Notes under the pieces: generated by a model
Seen by the model: only the letters and a program-made list of their open reading frames with translations
What the model was told of the DNA's origin: nothing
The model's database searches: none
Source of the DNA: Schaalia meyeri
Lineage (GTDB): Bacteria; Actinomycetota; Actinomycetes; Actinomycetales; Actinomycetaceae
Assembly (NCBI RefSeq): GCF_900105015.1
Contig: NZ_FNLK01000014.1
Span: forward strand, 30,001 to 62,000
DNA: 32,000 nt
Direction of reading: 5' to 3'
Position numbers and translations under genes: made by a program
Shown here: positions 26,321 to 32,000 of the stretch, piece after piece
Position numbering within the stretch: the stretch's first letter is position 1
How the letters are laid out: every line of letters starts with the position of its first letter

Positions 26321-26783
26321 TACTTGTAACCATATCGTTATCGGACGTATTTGTCGGGGAAGCGGGGCCGGAAGCGGCGCGTTCCACTTCTGGCGGATGG
26401 GGGGCAGAGGAGTCAGAAGGGGCGGGCAAAGCCCCGGGATCCTCGGGCGGAAGCACGTGCGCGAGGGCCAGCGCGCGGGCGAGCGACGCCATGCGTGCCT
26501 CCGCGCGCGCCTCGCGCCGATAGGCCGTCACCATCTGAGCGATCGAAGCGACAACCAGACCGTAGACGATCAGGTTCACGCCCCGTTCGACACCTATCGC
26601 GTGGGCGAGCGTGTTCGCCAGCGACGGCACGAGGATGGCGACGGTGGCGCCCGCAACCAACACGCCGATGCCAAGTCGGCGCAGGGCCAGCGAGGCCGCT
26701 GACGACACCGGGCGGACGAGCCACCAAATGATCGCGGCCAGGGCGATGAGAAGGAGGATACGAATGATTGGGTAGGTACTCAT
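26313..26783 (-). CDS. DUF2304-type small membrane protein (partner of the GT2 polyprenyl-phosphate glycosyltransferase)
   Basis: 156 aa with about 4 hydrophobic helices and then a charged helix (YRREARAEARMASLARALALA). ATGA overlap with the GT2 gene upstream and an 8-bp overlap with the LCP gene downstream. Confidence 0.7.
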   Translation of the reverse strand: MSTYPIIRILLLIALAAIIWWLVRPVSSAASLALRRLGIGVLVAGATVAILVPSLANTLAHAIGVERGVNLIVYGLVVASIAQMVTAYRREARAEARMASLARALALAHVLPPEDPGALPAPSDSSAPHPPEVERAASGPASPTNTSDNDMVTSNE

Positions 26784-27460
26784 TGCCCCCCCAGCGCCAG
26801 GTCCACGACGATGTTGATCGAGTTCAGCAGGGGCTGTCCCTTGGAGCGCGAATAGTCCGTGTAGGAGATGGTGACGGGATGCTCGCAGCCGGTAAGGCCG
26901 CTCGCGGCCAACTGCGAGACGATCTGGGACGCGTGTGCCATCCGCGTGTGTGTCAGGTGAACGTGGGCAAGCGCGTCGGAGCGAATCACCCGCAGGCCGT
27001 TGTGCGTGTCGGTGAGCGCCATGCCCGTGCGTGCTCGGGCCGCGGCCGCTCCGAAGCGCAGCAGGGTTCGCCTCAGCCTCCCCGGGCGAGCGTGTCCACC
27101 CGCCAGGAAACGGGAACCGAGCACGAAGGCCAGGTCCTCGTCGCGCGCGCGGTCGACCATCGTCGCGGCGTCGGCGGGATCATGCTGACCGTCGGCATCG
27201 AAGGTGACGACGTATTGGGCGCCGCGCGCGAGGGCGGCGTCAAAGCCCGTCTGTAAGGCGGCGCCCTGGCCCAGGTTCAGCGGGTGCGAGGCCACGAAGG
27301 CGCCGACCCGTCTGGCGAGGATCGCGGTGTCGTCGGTCGAGGCGTCATCCACGACGAGAACATGAGAGAAAAGAGCGCGCACGCCCGCAACGACGCCCCC
27401 GATGACGGGCGCCTCGTTGAACGCGGGGATAACAACCCACGTGTCTGAGCGCTGCTGCAT
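26780..27460 (-). CDS. GT2-family glycosyltransferase, polyprenyl-phosphate sugar synthase type (GtrB/PpgS-like)
   Basis: VVIPAFNE, VDDASTDDT, FDADGQH (DxD). Start at ATG 27460 (MQQRSDTW...), or ATG 27478. The 347-aa track ORF would cross the divergent promoter. Confidence 0.86.
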   Translation of the reverse strand: MQQRSDTWVVIPAFNEAPVIGGVVAGVRALFSHVLVVDDASTDDTAILARRVGAFVASHPLNLGQGAALQTGFDAALARGAQYVVTFDADGQHDPADAATMVDRARDEDLAFVLGSRFLAGGHARPGRLRRTLLRFGAAAARARTGMALTDTHNGLRVIRSDALAHVHLTHTRMAHASQIVSQLAASGLTGCEHPVTISYTDYSRSKGQPLLNSINIVVDLALGGQ

Positions 27461-27495
27461 TCGTCCAGTGTCGCACATTGGGGTGTCGGCGCGCC

Positions 27496-27501
27496 TATAG
27501 T
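27496..27501 (+). promoter_or_regulatory. Candidate -10 TATAGT for the plus-strand sugar-modification operon
   Basis: TATAGT lies in the 111-bp divergent intergenic region, 70 nt upstream of GTG 27572, which has its own GAGGGAG SD. Confidence 0.3.
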
Positions 27502-27571
27502 GTGGGTATCTGGCGGGCATCCCGTCCGCCGGGGGCGCGCCTGAGCTCACACGAAACCCGAGGGAGATACT

Positions 27572-28249
27572 GTGATCGATCCCAATGCCGATGTCGCGGC
27601 CAGCGCGCGGATCGCGGCCAGCGCGCGCGTGTGGCACCTGGCCCAGATTCGCGAAGACGCCGAGGTCGGGGAAGAAACGATCGTTGGCCGCGGCGCCTAC
27701 ATCGGCGAGGGGGTACGAGTCGGCGCGCGCTGCAAGATCCAAAATTACGCGCTCATCTACGAACCCGCGTCTCTCGCGGAGGGAGTGTTTGTCGGCCCGG
27801 CCGCCGTTTTCACGAACGATCACTGCCCCCGTGCAATCAATCCGGACGGCGGCCTCAAGGGCACCCAGGATTGGAACAAAGTCGGGGTCATCGTCGAGCG
27901 GGGAGCATCGATCGGTGCGCGCGCCGTGTGCGTCGCCCCGGTGCGCGTCGGAGCGTGGGCGTCCATCGGTGCCGGAGCCGTCGTCACTCGCGACGTGGCC
28001 CCCTACGCTCTGGTCGTGGGGGTTCCCGCGCGTCGCGTCGGATGGGTCGGCGAGGCCGGCGTGCCCCTCGTCCGCGACACCGCCGAAAGCGCCGGAGAAT
28101 CGCTCGATGAGGCCCTAGAAGAGGCCTGGGTATGCCCGGCTACCGGCGCGCGCTACGTCGAGCGTGGGGGAAGGCTCACGGCTGAGGCCCCCCGGGCCTG
28201 GTCGCCGACGCACGCCCGGCCAGACGAAACCCGCGGGGAGGAACGGTGA
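27572..28249 (+). CDS. Left-handed beta-helix N-acetyltransferase, WbpD/WlbB-like (3-amino sugar N-acetyltransferase)
   Basis: Hexapeptide repeats throughout. It can be aligned by eye with WbpD-type proteins (SARVWHLAQI..., CKIQNYALIYE, GVFVGPAAVFTND, YALVVGVPARRVGW). GTG start with GAGGGAG. Confidence 0.85.
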   Translation: MIDPNADVAASARIAASARVWHLAQIREDAEVGEETIVGRGAYIGEGVRVGARCKIQNYALIYEPASLAEGVFVGPAAVFTNDHCPRAINPDGGLKGTQDWNKVGVIVERGASIGARAVCVAPVRVGAWASIGAGAVVTRDVAPYALVVGVPARRVGWVGEAGVPLVRDTAESAGESLDEALEEAWVCPATGARYVERGGRLTAEAPRAWSPTHARPDETRGEER

Positions 28250-29346
28250 AGCACCCCTTTATCCCGTCCGCCCGTCCCCTCATCGGGGAGGAGGAGATCA
28301 ACGCGGTCGCGGACGTCATGCGCACGGGCATGATCGCCCAGGGGCCCCAGGTCGGGGCCTTCGAGGAGGAGTTCGCGCGCCAGCTGGTGCCCGGAACGCA
28401 GGCGGTCGCGGTGAACTCCGGTACGTCTGCCCTGCACCTGGGGCTTCTGGCCGCCGGGATCGGGCCGGGCGACGAGGTCATCGTTCCATCCTTCACCTTC
28501 GCGGCCACCGCTAACTCCGTTGCCATCACGGGGGCCACACCGGTCTTCGCGGACATCGACCCGCTCACCTTTACTCTATCGCCCGCCTCAGCGTCCCAAG
28601 CGATCACCCCCCGCACCCGCGCCATCATGCCCGTCCACCTCTATGGCCACCCCGCGTCAATGGATGCGCTCCAGGCCATCGCCGACGAACGAGGATTGGC
28701 GATCTTCGAGGACGCCGCCCAGGCTCACGGCGCGACCCTGCACGGCCGCCCGGTCGGCTCCTTCGGTGCCTTCGCGGCCTTCTCCTTCTATCCGACCAAG
28801 AACATGACCAGCGGCGAGGGCGGTATGGTCACCAGCTTCGACCCGGAGCTGATCTGGTGGGTACGCCTCGTGCGCAACCAGGGCATGGAGAAGCGCTACG
28901 CAAACGAGATCATCGGGCTCAATAACCGCATGACGGACATTCACGCCGCCATCGGCCGCGTCCAATTGACCAAGGTCGGCGGTTGGACGGCCCAGCGCCA
29001 GGCCAACGCCGCCTACCTGAGCGCCCACCTGCGAGGCGTCGTCACCCCGCACGTGGCCCCGGGCGCCACCCACGTCTACCACCAGTACACGATCCGAGTG
29101 GAAGAGGACCGCGACGGATTCGCACGCGCCCTGGGCGAAGAACACGGTATTGGCTCGGGCGTCTACTACCCGATCCCGAACCACGAGCTGCCCTCTCTGG
29201 CGTGCTTCGCCCCCGCAACCGATCTTCCAGCCACGCGCGCCGCCGCCGCCCAGGTCCTCTCCCTGCCCGTCTATCCGTCGCTCACGCGAAGCAACCTGGA
29301 CCGCATCGTTGAGGCAGTGAACGCGCTCGCGGAAGCCGGTGCCTGA
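28246..29346 (+). CDS. DegT/DnrJ/EryC1/StrS-family PLP sugar aminotransferase (WbpE-like)
   Basis: GTGA overlap with the upstream gene. PLP-lysine block FSFYPTKNMTSGEGG. N-terminal PLIGEEEINAVADVMRTG. Confidence 0.92.
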   Translation: MKHPFIPSARPLIGEEEINAVADVMRTGMIAQGPQVGAFEEEFARQLVPGTQAVAVNSGTSALHLGLLAAGIGPGDEVIVPSFTFAATANSVAITGATPVFADIDPLTFTLSPASASQAITPRTRAIMPVHLYGHPASMDALQAIADERGLAIFEDAAQAHGATLHGRPVGSFGAFAAFSFYPTKNMTSGEGGMVTSFDPELIWWVRLVRNQGMEKRYANEIIGLNNRMTDIHAAIGRVQLTKVGGWTAQRQANAAYLSAHLRGVVTPHVAPGATHVYHQYTIRVEEDRDGFARALGEEHGIGSGVYYPIPNHELPSLACFAPATDLPATRAAAAQVLSLPVYPSLTRSNLDRIVEAVNALAEAGA

Positions 29347-29347
29347 A

Positions 29348-30334
29348 ATGGGGAACATTCGTCTGGGGATCCTGGGGATCGGATCAATGGGACGCCACCA
29401 CGTGCGCAACGCGCGCGCCACTGCGGGTATCGACCTGGTGGCCGTGGCAGACCCGGGTGGCGACCGCTTCGCGGTGGCGGGAGATCTGCCCGTCCTGGGG
29501 GGCGTCCGAGAGCTCATTGAGGCCGGGATCGACGCCGCGATCATCGCCGCCCCGACCGCCCACCACGAGCAGGCCGCGCTGGCCCTGGCAGAGGCCGGGG
29601 TGCACACCCTCGTCGAAAAGCCCCTCGCAGCGAGCGTGGAGGCGGGCACGCGCATCCGTGACGCCTTCGCGGCGGCGGGCCTGGTGGGTGCCGTCGGCTA
29701 CGTGGAGCGCTGTAACCCGGCGCTGATCGATATGCGTGCCAGGATCGCTTCCGGTCAGCTGGGCCAGATCGAACAGATCGCGACCCGCAGGCAGTCGCCC
29801 TTTCCCGCGCGTATCAGCGACGTGGGCGTCGTCAAAGACCTGGCCACGCACGACGTCGATCTCGCCGCCTGGGTGGCGGGCGCCCCCTACCAGAGCATTT
29901 ACGCGCGCACGTCGGCGCGATCGGGTCGCCCCCACGAGGACATGATGGTCGCCTCGGGCGTGCTTGCCGGGGGGATCCTCGTCAATCACCTGGTCAACTG
30001 GCTGAGCCCCTACAAGGACCGCACGACGATCGTGACGGGCGAGAGGGGCGCCCTCGTGGCGGACACGGCGATGGGGGACCTGACCTTCTATGAGAACGGA
30101 CACGCGCCCCTGCAGTGGGATGCGATCGCCGCCTTCCGGGGCGTCAGCGAGGGGCAGGTCGTGCGCTACGCCCTGACCAAACGCGAGCCCCTCGCGCTTG
30201 AGCACGAGCGTTTCCGCGACGCGATCCGCGATGGCGGCGCTGAGCACGTGACCATGGACGAGGCCGTGGATAACCTGCGCGTTGTCGAGGCGATCCTGGC
30301 CTCCGCCAGCTGCGGGCGGGCCATCGATCTGTGA
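29348..30334 (+). CDS. Gfo/Idh/MocA-family NAD-dependent sugar-nucleotide oxidoreductase (WbpB/WlbA-like 3-dehydrogenase candidate)
   Basis: Rossmann motif LGILGIGSMGRHH and the EKP motif (LVEKPLA). ATG 29348 lies 1 nt after the aminotransferase stop. GTG 29339 is an alternative start. Confidence 0.86.
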   Translation: MGNIRLGILGIGSMGRHHVRNARATAGIDLVAVADPGGDRFAVAGDLPVLGGVRELIEAGIDAAIIAAPTAHHEQAALALAEAGVHTLVEKPLAASVEAGTRIRDAFAAAGLVGAVGYVERCNPALIDMRARIASGQLGQIEQIATRRQSPFPARISDVGVVKDLATHDVDLAAWVAGAPYQSIYARTSARSGRPHEDMMVASGVLAGGILVNHLVNWLSPYKDRTTIVTGERGALVADTAMGDLTFYENGHAPLQWDAIAAFRGVSEGQVVRYALTKREPLALEHERFRDAIRDGGAEHVTMDEAVDNLRVVEAILASASCGRAIDL

Positions 30335-30347
30335 GGAAGTGGCGCGG

Positions 30348-31460
30348 CTAGGGCGTCACCTCATCGTAGACGGCGCGCAGCTGGTCGATGGAGGCGCGCA
30401 GCGAGCGGTGTTCCTGGACCCACTCCCGGCACGCCCGCCCGTGGTCCGCGCGCTCTGAGTCGGACCACGCCAACGCCCGCTCCAGCGCGCGCGCGAGCGC
30501 ATCCGGCGTGCGCGCCTGCGTGAGCGTCGATGCGCCCGGCGCGACCATTTCCGGCGTCCCGCCCGTGGCATAGGCGATCACGGGAACCCCGCACGCCTGA
30601 GCTTCGAGCAGCACCAAACCGGCCGCTTCCTCCCGGCCCTGCGTCGGTTTTGTCGGCAGCGCGAGCACGCGGGAAAGCCGCATCCAGCCGCGCACGCCGT
30701 TTCGGTCGAGCGGCCCGGTGAGTGTCACGTGCTCAGGGGCGGTTGCGCGCAGGCCCGAGGCGAGCGGCCCGTCACCCACGAGAACCAGCGCGTGGGGGTG
30801 GGTAGCGTGCAGCCTGGTTGATGCCTCCACCAGGTCGGTGACCCCCTTGAGGGTGCTGAGCGCCCCAACGAAAAGAACCACGGGCACCTCCCCGGTGGGG
30901 GAATGCTGGGGGCCTTGAGGCATCGGCGTCCACCAGGAGGTGTCCACCCCCTGATAGTGCACGCTCAGGCGCTCCCCGCTCGCCCCCGCGCCCAGCGCGA
31001 CGTCCGCCAGGTACCGCGAGACCGCGAGGAGACGGTTCGCGCCGCGGAAGGCGGCGGCGCGGTTGTATGCGTTCCACGCGGCGCCCGGGGGCCGCCCGAG
31101 CCGGCGGTAGGCGTCTCCTCCGTGCAGCGTGACCACCAGGGGCGCGCCCGTGTCGCGTGCCGCGCCCAGAGCGGGCAGGGACCACGTGGCCTGGTGCTGG
31201 TGAATGACGTCGGGCTTCCACGCCCCGACCGCCCGGCGCATCGCGCCCATGCCCCGCGCCTGTGAGACGACGCGCGACGGGAGGGCGCCGCGCAGCGCCC
31301 CCGGTGCCGACTCGTGGACGGGGACCGCAACGGTCGGGTCCTGGACGCGGGCCGCCAGCGTGAAGGCCTGCCACGTGAGCTCCGGCATCGCACCCGCGTG
31401 CGTGAGAGCGAAGTAGGTCGGGGGAACCAGCAGAGTTCCCTTTGTCAGGGCGACCCTCAC
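30348..31460 (-). CDS. GT4-family (GT-B fold) glycosyltransferase
   Basis: C-terminal nucleotide-sugar block EEAAGLVLLEAQACGVPVIAYATGGTPEMV (E-x7-E). GTG start (MRVALTKG...). Confidence 0.85.
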   Translation of the reverse strand: MRVALTKGTLLVPPTYFALTHAGAMPELTWQAFTLAARVQDPTVAVPVHESAPGALRGALPSRVVSQARGMGAMRRAVGAWKPDVIHQHQATWSLPALGAARDTGAPLVVTLHGGDAYRRLGRPPGAAWNAYNRAAAFRGANRLLAVSRYLADVALGAGASGERLSVHYQGVDTSWWTPMPQGPQHSPTGEVPVVLFVGALSTLKGVTDLVEASTRLHATHPHALVLVGDGPLASGLRATAPEHVTLTGPLDRNGVRGWMRLSRVLALPTKPTQGREEAAGLVLLEAQACGVPVIAYATGGTPEMVAPGASTLTQARTPDALARALERALAWSDSERADHGRACREWVQEHRSLRASIDQLRAVYDEVTP

Positions 31461-31544
31461 GGGAGCCGCCCGAGGCTCAGGCGCAACAGCGTGAACGGGT
31501 GAGCGGGCATGAACCCATCCTAGGGGCTTAGCCGGGCGGGCAGG

Positions 31545-31553
31545 TGATTAAAT
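31545..31553 (+). promoter_or_regulatory. Extended -10 (TGaTTAAAT), 6 nt upstream of ATG 31560 (leaderless-type promoter)
   Basis: TG-a-TTAAAT-gagggc-ATG. The reading frame only opens at 31548, so 31560 is the only possible start. Confidence 0.3.
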
Positions 31554-31559
31554 GAGGGC

Positions 31560-32000
31560 ATGACGAACGCTCCTTGTGCCCCCGACGCGCGCCCCGGCGT
31601 CCTGCGACAGGTGCTCACGCTTCTTGGCGGGACTCTCCTCGCGCAGCTCATCGCGTTCGTCGCGCAGGTCGGCGTCGCCCGCCTCTACACTGACGCCGAC
31701 CTGGGTTACCTGGGTATCTTCACCTCGGCGGCAACCCTGGGGGCAGCTGTGGCCGGGGCACGCTTCGATCTGAGCGTCGTCCTGCCCGCACCGGGAGACG
31801 AGGCTACCGCCCGTTCCCTGACCCGATTGGCCTCCCGGTGTCTTCTGGTGGCCTCCGGGCTTGCCACGCTCGTGGCCGCGCTCGCCCGACCGTGGGTGGA
31901 GGCGCGCTACGGGGCGGCGCTCGCGGGATGGATGCTGGCCGTGGGGGCCTCCATCCTGTTCCTGGCGCAGGGGCAGGTGTGCTCCTACTGGCTGACCCGC
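31560..32000 (+). CDS. Wzx-type polysaccharide/oligosaccharide flippase (MOP superfamily), 5' part; continues beyond the window
   Basis: This frame is not in the ORF track because it has no stop. It is open for 147 codons to the window end: MTNAPCAPDARPGVLRQVLTLLGGTLLAQLIAFVAQVGVARLYTDADLGYLGIFTSAATLGAAVAGARFDLSVVLP..., the usual N-terminal pattern of Wzx/RfbX flippases, followed by further hydrophobic helices. Confidence 0.7.
   Translation, partial: MTNAPCAPDARPGVLRQVLTLLGGTLLAQLIAFVAQVGVARLYTDADLGYLGIFTSAATLGAAVAGARFDLSVVLPAPGDEATARSLTRLASRCLLVASGLATLVAALARPWVEARYGAALAGWMLAVGASILFLAQGQVCSYWLTR

Noticed and set aside
24072-26329. 381-aa and 432-aa plus-strand ORFs antisense to the two LCP genes
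   Set aside because: Same high-GC shadow effect. The minus-strand frames carry the LCP signature blocks and overlapping-stop/start operon structure.
27461-27823. N-terminal extension giving a 347-aa GT2 protein
   Set aside because: It would run through the divergent promoter region and antisense into the acetyltransferase gene. The GT2 fold starts at VVIPAFNE just after ATG 27460.
31457-31510. 17-codon upstream ORF (MPAHPFTLLRLSLGRLP) overlapping the GT4 GTG start by GTGA
   Set aside because: It is too short, has no RBS and no recognisable leader-peptide logic. Chance occurrence in GC-rich intergenic DNA is likely.

Overview
High-GC actinobacterial chromosomal segment. The organism guess, an Actinomycetaceae-like genome, is inference from gene content and synteny (typA, fdxA-dapC, dapD, maf, LCP ligases, GT2/DUF2304 pair). 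Four blocks run left to right. (1) 1-3963: a carbohydrate ABC importer (binding-protein tail plus two permeases) and a cytoplasmic GH13 alpha-amylase. (2) 4011-12884: an accessory-looking block. It holds a TPR-like/YbjN fusion protein and a 922-aa type-I membrane protein with a ~670-aa proline-rich tail encoded partly by near-identical 120-bp tandem repeats. It also holds a GNAT acetyltransferase, a MerR regulator with a 19-bp-spacer promoter and dyad operator, and a kinase-fold gene relic. The block ends with a glutamine-synthetase-family enzyme and a short paralogue of the giant protein, translationally coupled to a PlsC-type acyltransferase. (3) 13343-23558: core genes typA, a small conserved ORF, fdxA, dapC, dapD, maf, a class III nucleotide cyclase, an OmpR/histidine-kinase pair, a probable purK relic and galE. 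(4) 23655-32000: a cell-envelope glycopolymer locus. One arm is a minus-strand operon of four overlapping genes (GT2, DUF2304, LCP, LCP). The divergent arm is an acetyltransferase/aminotransferase/oxidoreductase trio for a 2,3-diacetamido sugar, followed by a GT4 glycosyltransferase and the start of a Wzx-type flippase. I saw no rRNA, tRNA, CRISPR array, transposase or integrase. The best candidate for something undescribed is the pair of paralogous membrane proteins (5086-7854 and 11398-12309), which share an unrecognised ectodomain. One of them carries a giant, probably cytoplasmic, Pro-rich tail ending in Trp-acidic motifs, next to a TPR/YbjN chaperone-like gene. All product calls rest on motifs read by eye from the translations; no database search was run.
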